Under the pieces are notes generated by a model. The model had not been told where the DNA came from. It worked only from the letters and a program-made list of their open reading frames with translations, and did not search any database. Shown piece after piece: positions 10,801 through 42,387 of a DNA stretch of 64,000 nt. The position numbers and the translations under genes were made by a program. The DNA lies in the NCBI GenBank assembly GCA_963805975.1, contig CAWDVR010000002.1:192001-256000 (forward strand), read 5' to 3'. Source of the DNA: an uncultured Acidobacteriota bacterium. Lineage in GTDB: Bacteria; Acidobacteriota; Thermoanaerobaculia; Multivoradales; SZUA-115. How positions within the stretch are numbered: the stretch's first letter is position 1; every line of letters begins with the position of its first letter.

Positions 10801-11848
10801 CGCAGGCGGAGGTGACGAGCGTGCACTGCGAGCTGCACGCGAGCGTGCCCGGCCCGAGGCCCAGGCCCTCGCAGCTCAAGCCCGCAGGCACTTGGCCGTC
10901 GCAGGCTTCCCACGGCAGGTTCACCAGCCCATCGCCGCAGAAAGGCACTTCGGAGAGCGCCTGCAGGGCGAGGAGCACGCGGGCCGTGGTGAAGGCGTCG
11001 CCCTGCCAACTGCCATTGGGAAGCTGCTGGCCGGTGAGATGGGCGGTGACCAGCCCGACCTCCTGGCCGAACGCCGGCACCGCCGCCAGCGCCTGGGCGG
11101 CGAGCGCGCTGGCGATCAGCCGATCGGGACCGGGCGGCCCGAAGCTGCCGTCGGGGTTTTGCCGGCCGGCGAGAAATGCCACCGCTTCGTCGATCTCGTC
11201 CTCGAGCTGGAATCGAACCCGAAACGGCAGCATCGCGGCGAGCGCCCGGGCGGTGCAGAAGACATCGCTCTCCTCCTCGGAGGTCGAGCCGGCGACGCAG
11301 GGAAAGCCGCCATCGCTCGCCTGCACTGCCAGCAGGCGCAGCAGCCCCCGGCTCAACAGCTCGTCGCTCGCCTCCGGCCGGCCCACCAAGGCCTGAAGCG
11401 CCAGGGCGGTGGCCAGCGGCTCGGCCGTGAAGTCGGCAGCCAGGCCCCAGCCGCCCTTCGGGTCGGCCGCGGCGACCAACGCGGTAGCCAAGGCGACGAC
11501 ATCACCCGGCTCCGCGGCCAGGGCCGCCAGACGGTGCGCGAGATCGTCCTGGTCCGCGACGGGCGAGGCGTTGAGGAAGCCGGCGGCCGCCGCGCGCCGG
11601 GCCACCTCGCCGGAGGCGAGGCGCGCAAACGCCGCGAGCGCCGCGGCGGTGGCCTCGCTCCGCCGCACCACGCCGCTCGTCCAACCGCCGTCGGCCTGCT
11701 GGGTGGCACGAAGGAACTGCAAGCCTGCCACTTCGGGCTGTGCCAGAGCGGTGGAAGCGAAAGCCAGCAGCAGGCCGAGGGCCGCCAAGACGGCCGGCAA
11801 GCCACCAGGGCTGGTGGGTGAACCTACGGGGCGAGGCTCTACAGGCAT
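7838..11848 (-). CDS. Large secreted multidomain protein: prenyltransferase/squalene-cyclase-like alpha-barrel repeats, CGDG Cys-rich repeats, IgGFc-binding domain, MopE-like metal-binding motif, CARDB/Ig-like domains
   Basis: Signal peptide; 'QQADGGW', 'QNPDGSF', 'QLPNGSW' repeats; four 'CGD(G/D)..N...E.CD' repeats; 'DHKGKEF...[10 protein letters not shown]...GDPSM'; '[26 protein letters not shown]'; 'LWPPNH' C-terminal domain. Confidence 0.8.
   Translation of the reverse strand: [1336 protein letters not shown]
10490..10950 (-). repeat. Three tandem ~50-aa Cys-rich repeats within the large secreted protein
   Basis: FCGDGLVN.., TCGDGVRN.., ACGDGLIN.., each followed by C..LG...G.L.C...C; a fourth copy lies near 9080-9220. 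Confidence 0.8.
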
Positions 11849-12101
11849 GGAAGTCCTTCCTTTCGGCGACCCCGGGGTCGCGAAATCGCGGGCAATCTCA
11901 GAAGGTGGGGGAGGCCCCCCGGCGCAAGGCCGAAGGTCTCAGCGTCCACCGCTCACTTGAGAAATCGGATTCGGCGGGAAAATCCCGCCATGTGTCTCCG
12001 TGAGGGATGGAGCTATGGAGCGAGCCGCCCGGCGCGAGCAGCGGCTCGGAGGCCTGCCCGGCGAGCCGGTCGGTGCGGGGAGACTTCGGGGATCTGGGGT
12101 G

Positions 12102-12914
12102 CTAGCCGATCGTGACGGTGATACCGGCGGCTTCCAAGTCGCCCTTGGCTGCCTCCGATTTCGCCTTCGCGCTGCCCACTCCCTGCGGCTGATAGTAGTG
12201 GCCGGCGCTCACGGAGATCGAGATGCTCTTGTAGCCGAGCCCCTTGAGAAAGCCCACCAGCCCGATCAACCTCTCCGTGCAGCCCGTGGTGTTGCGCTTC
12301 CCGCAGGTCCCGCGCTTCGTGCTGCAGGGGCTGGCGGTCAGCTCGTTGATCACCAGATGCATCTTCGCGTCCTTGGCCATCGAATCGATGACCGCCTTCA
12401 GCGTGTCCGACGGTTCGGGAGGGTACTTCCCCAGGCCGATCCAGAAGGCGCAGTGCTCGACGAAGTCCACGCACGCATCCTCGGCGTGCTCGGTGTCCTC
12501 GGTGAACGTGTACTTCTTGCTCCAGGCGTCGCCCACCGAGTACCCGTTGACCGTGGCCTTGAGCGAGACCGAGCCGTAGCCGGTCGGCACCTTGAGCTCG
12601 TCGAACCCCATCTCGCCAGTCCCGAGCATGCGCTGCACGGCAAAGGAGTGACGAGCTCGGTGCGTCGCGGGCTGGCGGCCCGTGGAAGCGGCGGCTCCGG
12701 CTCCCTTCGCCTGGGCCGCCGACACCACCGCCCGCAGGTGCGCCGCCGGGCCGACCTTGGCTTGCACGAGCGAGCCCACGGCGCGCTGGACATGAGGCGC
12801 CACGACCCGCGCGGCACCCGGCGCCTGCTTCGCCTGAAAAGCCCCCGACACCGCCTTCTGGACGTGCGCGGCCATGGCTTTGGAAGGGGCTTTCGGCTCG
12901 CGCTCCGGCGGCAT
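12102..12914 (-). CDS. Putative zinc-dependent (AID/APOBEC-like) deaminase effector with repeated N-terminal leader
   Basis: HxE ('EHAED') and 'SPC....C' Zn motifs; 'ISISVSAGHYY' and 'GDLEAAGITVTI' parallel the AID strand4/RLY and 'GL..L..AGV.I' elements; GGAG RBS. Confidence 0.7.
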   Translation of the reverse strand: MPPEREPKAPSKAMAAHVQKAVSGAFQAKQAPGAARVVAPHVQRAVGSLVQAKVGPAAHLRAVVSAAQAKGAGAAASTGRQPATHRARHSFAVQRMLGTGEMGFDELKVPTGYGSVSLKATVNGYSVGDAWSKKYTFTEDTEHAEDACVDFVEHCAFWIGLGKYPPEPSDTLKAVIDSMAKDAKMHLVINELTASPCSTKRGTCGKRNTTGCTERLIGLVGFLKGLGYKSISISVSAGHYYQPQGVGSAKAKSEAAKGDLEAAGITVTIG

Positions 12915-12985
12915 CGACAGATCTCCGATCAGATGAGACTCACTTCGTAGGCAGGCTCGACACTACTCCCCGACTCGGTCGACGT

Positions 12986-14302
12986 TCAAGCGGTGCTCTT
13001 CGACCCCTCTCCGCCTCCGCTCTCCTCCACCGCGTCCGCCAGCTCCTCGACCGAGCGCAGCTTCCGACTGGTGGCGGCGAGGGCCGTGGTGAGGAGGAGC
13101 AGCGCGCCGAGCACCATCGCGAAGAGGGCCACGCCGCGGCCGGGGCCGGTGCCGATCGCGGAGCCGAGGCTCGCGGCGAGCGCGCCGTCCGGCGCGAGCA
13201 GCGGCTCGAAGACGTAGTCGGCGAGCGGTCCGGCGAGGAGCGAGGCGAGCGGCACGGCGACCAGCGCCACGGTGCGCCGCAACGCGAAGACGCGGCCCTG
13301 CAGGTCGGCCGGCACCTTGCTCTGCCAGATCGCCTGGCTGCACGCGCTGATGACGGAGAAGGCACCCAGGAAGACGGCGGCGGCGGCGGCGATGTAGATC
13401 GCGTGGGGCCGCATGCCGGCCGCGATCAGCGCCAGGCCCTGCACCGCGAGCGCCGCGAGGATGCCTGCCAGGCGCCGCCTGGGCCCACCCCACACCGCCA
13501 TGACGATGCCTCCGACGATCAGGCCGGCGCTCGCCACCGACATCACCTTGCCGAGCACGGCCATGTCCGCGAAGCCGAGCACCATGGGCTGGAGCAGCAC
13601 CACCACCATGCCCATCGCGAAGTTGGAGAGGACGAAGAGCACCAGCAGGCCGAAGAGGCCGGGCCGTTCCCGGATGTAGCGCCAGCCCGAGGCGATCTCC
13701 GCGCCGAGCGTGCCGCGGCTCCCGGCGCCCGCGGTGCTCGGCGGCGGCGCCGGGATGGCGAGCGGCAGCAGCACGAGGAGCGCGACCACCGACGCCGCCA
13801 CCTCGGTGAGGGCCACGCCCCGCAGGCCCGCCCGCGCCACCAGCACCGCGGCGACCAGGGGCGCCAGGGCCTGGGCCGCGGTGAGCCCGAGCTGCAGGAG
13901 GCCGCTGGCGCGCCCGTAGTGCCGCTTGGCCACCAGCACGGTGACCGAGGAGGCGAGGGCCGGCCAGCGCAGCGACTGGAAGCAGCCGGACACCACCAGC
14001 AGCGCGTAGATCGGCACCACGGGCAGAGGCTCGCGGCCGACCAGCAGCACCATGGCGACGGCACAGGCGCCCGCGCCGGCCACGGAGATCATCATCGCCC
14101 GGCGGCGGTCCCAGCGGTCCACGAGGGCGCCGGCCACCGGGGACATCAGGACCACGGGAACGGTGGTGAAGAAGGAGACCAGCGCCAGGCGGGTGACGGA
14201 GCCGCCGGCCTGGTAGGCGGAGACGCCGAGCGCAAAGGCCGTGGCGTAGTTGCCGAAGGCGCAGAGGATCTGGGAGAGCCAGACGGCGAGGAAGGTCGGC
14301 AT
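12986..14302 (-). CDS. MFS transporter (DHA3/MefA-like exporter) of the NRPS-PKS cluster
   Basis: 'MPTFLAVWLSQ', 'AGALVDRWDRRRAM' and 'QSKVPADLQGRVF'; ~12 hydrophobic segments; own ATG at 14302, just after the TE stop at 14308. Confidence 0.88.
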   Translation of the reverse strand: MPTFLAVWLSQILCAFGNYATAFALGVSAYQAGGSVTRLALVSFFTTVPVVLMSPVAGALVDRWDRRRAMMISVAGAGACAVAMVLLVGREPLPVVPIYALLVVSGCFQSLRWPALASSVTVLVAKRHYGRASGLLQLGLTAAQALAPLVAAVLVARAGLRGVALTEVAASVVALLVLLPLAIPAPPPSTAGAGSRGTLGAEIASGWRYIRERPGLFGLLVLFVLSNFAMGMVVVLLQPMVLGFADMAVLGKVMSVASAGLIVGGIVMAVWGGPRRRLAGILAALAVQGLALIAAGMRPHAIYIAAAAAVFLGAFSVISACSQAIWQSKVPADLQGRVFALRRTVALVAVPLASLLAGPLADYVFEPLLAPDGALAASLGSAIGTGPGRGVALFAMVLGALLLLTTALAATSRKLRSVEELADAVEESGGGEGSKSTA

Positions 14303-14307
14303 GGGGC

Positions 14308-18321
<4,014 letters not shown>

Positions 18322-18325
<4 letters not shown>

Positions 18326-21300
18326 CGCGCCTCGCCGAGCTGGGAGAAGACCTCCTCGAGCTCCGCGCCCTCCAGGCTGACGCCGGCGACGTCCTCGCCG
18401 GCGGTCGCCGCCGCCGAGCCGGCCGGCGCGCTGCTCTCGAGCAACGCATCGAGGGGCGCCACCAGGACCGCCAGCTCGGCGATCGTCTGGTGCTCGAAGA
18501 GCTGCTCGGGCGACAGCTCGAGGCCGGCGTCGTTGGCGCGGGCCACGAGCTGGATGCCCATCACCGAGTCGCCGCCCAAGTCGAAGAAGTTGTCGTGGAT
18601 GCCGATCTGCTCGATGCCGAGCGAGCCCTTCCAGATCTCGGCCAGCTTCTCCTCCATCGGGTTGCGCGGCGCCATGTAGGCCGTGGACAGGCTCGGCCGC
18701 GCGTGGGACGAGCGCTTCGCCTGGACGCCGTCGCCGCGCCCGGCGAGGCTGGCGCGGGTGAGCGAGTTGACCTGCTCGAAGAGCGCCGCCAGGTCCTTCG
18801 AGGTGGTGGCGAGCTGCGCGAAGCTGTGGTCCTTCGCCAGCACCCGGCGCAGGGCTTCGACGCCCTCGTGCGGCAGGATGCCACTGCCGGCGTCGGGATC
18901 GAAGGCGGCATCCGTTGTTGCTCCCGGGGCCGGGGTGGCCGCCGGGCGCGCCGGCTGGGCCGCAGGCTCGCCCTCGGCCGGAGCTGAAGGCTGGCGACCG
19001 GTCGCTTCCGCGGAGCGGCGCAGGGTGTCCACCGCCTCGCCCACCCGCTTCAGGGTGAACTGGTCGATGCGCACCAGCTCCTCGCCGCTCTCGTCGAGCA
19101 GCGACACGTCGACCGACAGGGTCTCCTTGCCGCCGCCGGGCTCGCCCTGCCGGCGCAGATAGCTGTAGATCTTGGCCGGCAGCGGCTTCCTCATCTCCAG
19201 GCGCTTGTAGGAGAGCGGCAGGAAGTTGCCTTCCTCGATGAAGCCGAGGATGCCGGTGGCGACGTCCACCAGCGCCGGGTGGAGGCCGAAGCTCCCCGCC
19301 TCGGCCGCGAACTCCTCCGGCAGCTCGAGCACCGCCAGGGCCTCGCCCTTCCCGGCCGCTCCCATGTGCACGCGCTTGAGGCTCTGCCAGCGCGGCCCCC
19401 AGCGCACCACCCCGCCCTCGCCCATCATCACCGGCTCGTTGAACTCCACCACCTGGTCCGCGCAGCGGGCGAGGAGCTCCTCGATGTCGAAGCGCGGGGC
19501 CGCTTCCCCTGCCGGAGCGGGGGCCGGGCCCACCTTGCCGCGCACGTGCGCGGCCCAGGTCGCCTCGGCACCGGCGGTCTTCGGCGGCCCCTTGCTGGCG
19601 ACGCGGAAGCTGAAGCCGTTGCCCTGTTTCTCGAGCGTGGTGCGCACCTCCTTGCTCTCCCCGTCGGCCAGCATCAGGGGCCCGAGGAAGAACACGTCAC
19701 GCAGCTCGACACCGCCCAGGCCGCCGTGCTGCTCGAAGACCGCCGCGTGGTGCGCGTAGGCGGCACGGGCGATCTCGAGATAGGTGGTGCCGGGGACCGT
19801 GGCGGTGCCCAGCACGCGGTGCTCGGCCGCCACCCAGTGGCGGTCGGTCGAGAAGTCGGTGGTGTAGATCGCTTCCGCCGCGGTCTCGAAGGTCGAACGG
19901 TCGAGCAGCGGGTGGAGCGGCACTAGGGTCGGTGGTCCGCCGGCCGCCGGGCTGCCGGCCGCCGCTGCGCCGCCGGGGATCAGGCCGGCGTCCACCGCCA
20001 TGCCCACCTCCCCCCAGGCGCCCCAGTTGATCGAGATCACCCGCGTGCCGTTGGCGCCGGAGCCGTTGGTGCCAGAGCGCGCTTGCGCGTAGGCGTCGAG
20101 GAAGGAGTTGGCGGCGCAGTAGTCCACCTGCCCGAGCCCGCCGGCGAGCGCGATGGTCGACGAGCAGAGCACGAAGAAGTCGAGCTTCTGGCCGGCGAGC
20201 GCCCGTTCGAGCATCAGCGTGCCGCGGAGCTTGGGCGCCAGCACCGTCGCCGCGGTCTCGGGCGACTTGAGCTGCAGCAGCCCTCGTCCGGCGACGCCGG
20301 CGGCGTGGATCACGCCGTCGATGCGCCCGAAGCGGGCCAGCGCCTGGTCCACGGCGGCGCGCACCTGGGCCTCGTCTCCCACGTCGGCGCTCACCACCTC
20401 CACCTCGGCGCCCATCGCTTCCAGCTCCTTCAGCTTCAGGAGCCGGCGGCTGATGCGGTCGCGCTCGCCGTGCTTGCCGATCCAGGCCTCCCACTCGGCG
20501 CGAGGCGGCAGCGCCGAGAAGCCCATCGGCACCAGCCGCGCCTGGAAGTCGCGGGCCAGGAACTCGGCGAAGGTCAGGCCGATGCCGCCCAGGCCGCCGG
20601 TGACGAGGTAGACGCCCTTCTTCTTGAAATGCAGGCCGGAGGGACCGACCGGCGCGAGCTTCACCGGCTCGTAGGCCCGCACCCAGCGGTCCTCGCCGCG
20701 CCAGGCGACGATCGGCGCCACCACCGGCACCTCGGCCATCTCGGCGAGCAGGCGGTCCACCAGGGCCGCATCCTCCACCGCTCCCGAGGCCGGCAGGGCG
20801 AGGTCGATCGCCACCACGCGCAGGTTGGGGTACTCCTGCGGGATCACCCGCGCCGGCCCCTGGAGTGCCGCCTTCTCCGGCGCGAGATAGCTCTCGCCGT
20901 GGACGCGGTGCAGGTTGTTCGACACCACGCCGATCGCGATCGGCTGCCGCGCCCCGGCCCGGCCCACCGCCTGGGCGAAGAAGAACAGGCTCCAGAAGCT
21001 CCGCGCCTCGGCCTCGATCATGGCCTCCGGCGAGAGCTCGGGGAGGGCCTCGGTCACGTTCCAGAGATGGAGCGCGCGGGGCGGCACGCCGCCGTCCGCG
21101 GCCAGATCGGCGAGCAGAGCGTCGTACTCCCTGGCGCCGCCGGGGGCGAGCGTGTAGGCGCCGCTCCCGAGCTTGGCGAAGCTCTCGCCGGGCACCACCG
21201 TGGCGACGCGGTGGCCCAGGCCACGGAGGCGCGTGACGACCTGGTCCGCCAGCCCGCGGCCATCCGCGAACACCAGCCACGAGGCCGGCTCGGCCTCCGG

Positions 21301-24124
21301 CTCTGCGCCGGCCGCCGGCTCGCTTCCTGCGGCCCACGCCGCGGGCAGGGCCGGCGGCCCGGACGGCTTCCAGTACGGGGCATAGAACCAGTCCGCGATG
21401 TCCTCGTTCTTCTTCGCCACCTTGGGGCCGGCGAGCGCGGACAGGTCGCCGGGCTCCACCCAGTAGCGCTGGCGCTCGAAGGCGTAGCCGGGCAGCGAGA
21501 CGCGGCGGCGCTTCTCGCGCCGGTAGAGCTTCGCCAGGTCGACGCCCACACCGGCCGCCCACAGCTCGCCCAGCGAGCGCAGCGCGAAGGCCAGGTCGTT
21601 CAGCTTGTCCTTGGGATGGCGCAGCGAGGAGAGCGCCGGCTGCTCCTTGGCGCGGGCCGGGTGCTGGCGCGCGAAGGTGGCGAGCGTCTTGCCGGGCCCC
21701 ACCTCGAGCAGGCAGCGGGCGGGCTCCTTGAGCAGCTCCGCCAAGCCGTCCGAGAAGCGCACCGCCTGTCGCAGGTGCCGGGCCCAGTAGGCCGGGTCGG
21801 TGGCCTCGGCGGCGGTGATCCAGGTGCCGGTGACGTTCGAGACGTAGGGGACCTTCGGCGCCTGGAGCTCGATGCCGGCGAACTCCTGGAGGAACGGCGC
21901 CAGGATGGGCTCCATCATCGGCGAGTGGAAGGCGTGCGAGGTGCGCAGGCGCGAGGCCGCCACACCTTTCTCCTTGAGCCGGCGCTCCAGCTCCTCGATG
22001 CCGGAGTCCGGGCCCGAGGCGACCAGCCGGTTGGGCGCGTTGAGGGTCGCGATCGACAGCCCCTCGGGCAGCACCGCGGCGAGCTCCTCCTCGGTGAGCG
22101 GCACGCCCACCATCGAGCCGCGGGGCAGGCCGTGCATCAGCCGGCCGCGGGCCGCCACCAGCTTGAGCGCCTCGGCCAGGGTGAAGACGCCGGCGACGGT
22201 CGCCGCCACGTACTCGCCGATCGAGTGGCCGATCATCGACTCGGGCTCGATCCCCCAGCTCATCCACAGCCTGGCCAGCGCGTGCTCGATCACGAACAGC
22301 GCCGGCTGCGTGACGTGGGTCTCGGCGAGCTTCTTCTCCGCCTCCTCGGTCGCGCCCTCGGGGTAGAGCACCTGGCGCAGATCGAAGCCGAGATGAGGCG
22401 CCAGCAGCTCGCAGGCGCGGTCGATCTCCGCCCGGAACACCGGCTCGCTCTCGTAGAGCCCTCGGCCCATGTTGGGGTACTGCGCGCCCTGGCCGGAGAA
22501 CAGGAAGGTGACCGGACGGTTCTTGCCGTTGACCACGGCGGTCGCCGAGCTGTCGCGGTCGAGGGCCCGGAGCGCGCGCACCGCGTCCTCGTGATTCTCG
22601 GCGACCACCACCCGCCGCACGTCGAACGGCCGCCGGCCGATCGCCAGCGTGTAGGCCGCGTCGGCGAGCGGGAGCTCGCGGTGAGCGTCCAGGTACGACG
22701 CCAAGCTGCCGGTCATCTGCTCGAGGGCCTCCTGCGAGCGGGCCGAGAGCACCAGGAGCTGCCGCGGCCGCGAGGGGCCGGAGGGCGGCCGGGCCGGCGC
22801 CTCCTCGACGATGACGTGCGCGTTGGTGCCGCCGACGCCGAAGGCCGAGATCCCCGCCCGCCGCGGCACGCCGTCCGCCACCTCCCAGGGCCGGTGCTCG
22901 GTGTTGACGTAGAAGGGGCTCTCCGGCAGGTGGCACTCGGGGTTCGGCTCGTCGAACAGCAGGCTGGCCGGGATCTCCTTGTGCTCCAGAGCCAGCACCG
23001 TCTTGATCAGGCTGGCGGCACCGGCCGCGGCGCCGAGATGGCCGATGTTGGTCTTCACCGAGCCCAGGGCGCAGAAGTTCTTCTTCTGCGTCTGCTCGCG
23101 GTAGACGCGGGAGAGCGCCGTGACCTCGATCGGGTCGCCCATCTGGGTGCCGGTGCCGTGGGCCTCCACGTAGCCCATGGTCTCCGGGTGCACCTCGGCG
23201 GTGAGCATCGCCGCCCGCACCACGCGGGTCTGGCCGTCGACGCCCGGCGCCGTGAAGCCGACCTTCTGGGCGGCGTCGTTGGTGACCGCCGAGCCGCGGA
23301 TGATGGCGCGGATGGCATCGCCGGCGGCCAGCGCGTCGTCCAGCCGCTTGAGCACCACCACTCCCACGCCGCTCGAGAACATGGTGCCGCGGGCCTTGGC
23401 GTCGAAAGTGCGGATGTGGCCGTCCGGCGAGTAGATCTGGCCCTCGGTGTGCTGGAAGCCGACCTCCGGCACGCGGATGCCCACGCCGCCGGCGAGCGCG
23501 ATGTCGCAGTCGCCGGAGAGCAGGCCCTGGCCGGCCAGGTGCACCGCGACCAGCGCCGTCGAGCAGGCGGTCTGCACCGTGATGCTGGGCCCGCCCAGGT
23601 CGAGCTTGTAGGAGACCCGCAGGGCCACGTAGTCCTTGTCGTTGGCCACCTGCACCGTGAAATCGCTCACCTCGGCGACCAGCGCCGGGTTGGAGTAGAG
23701 GTTGTTGAGGTAGCCGGGCATGCGCGCCCCGGCGTAGACGCCGACCACGCCGGAGAAGCGCTCGGTGTCGTAGCCCGCGTCCTCGAGCGCGTGCCAGGCG
23801 CTTTCGAGCAGCACGCGCTGCTGCGGGTCGATGACCTCGGCCTCGCGCGGGCTGATGCCGAAGAAGCCGGCATCGAACCACTCGTTCTTGGAGAGCTCGC
23901 GCGCCGCCTTGACGTAGCCGGGGCCGTGGAGCTGGCGCGGGTCGGCGCCGCGCGCCAGGAGCTCCGCGTCGGTGAAGAAGGTGAGCGTCTCGACGCCCTG
24001 CTTCAGGTTGTTCCAGAAGGTCTCGAGGTCGTCGGCGCCGGGGAAACGGCCCGCCATGCCGACGATCGCCAGCTCGAGACCCGTCCGCTCCTCCGAACCA
24101 GGCTGCTCCTGGGGGGTGTCTGTC

Positions 24125-24147
<23 letters not shown>
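18322..24147 (-). CDS. Type I modular PKS: KS-AT(malonyl)-KR-DH-ACP
   Basis: 'TACS', 'HGTGT', 'NIGH' (KS); 'GHSIG' and 'HAFHS' (malonyl AT); 'TGGLGGIG...YCAAN' (KR); 'HRVLGTATVP' and 'HPALVD' (DH); 'GGDS' (ACP); probable start MSNSEN at 24147. Confidence 0.92.
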
Positions 24148-39795
<15,648 letters not shown>

Positions 39796-39798
39796 CGC

Positions 39799-42219
<2,421 letters not shown>

Positions 42220-42387
42220 ACCTTGGTCCCTGTCTGGTCGCAGTGCCCCGCGCCGCGATCACCCGCGGGCGGCGGGGAGCGCAGGCCGAATTCGGGGCGT
42301 TGACGAGTTTTTTCCCGAGCCTTCCGACCCGAGGCGTATCTCAAGTGCAAAGCGGACGCTCAAGCGGGACGTTCGTTACCTCTGGCG

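Noticed and set aside
10950-11750. Squalene-hopene cyclase activity of the large secreted protein
   Set aside because: Only QxxDGxW-like structural repeats are seen, in a signal-peptide protein; more likely a structural alpha-barrel
42250-42265. 16-bp match (GCGCCGCGATCACCCG) to the stem of unit 2 of the palindromic element
   Set aside because: Short and GC-rich, lacks the partner arm, loop and flanks; may be chance
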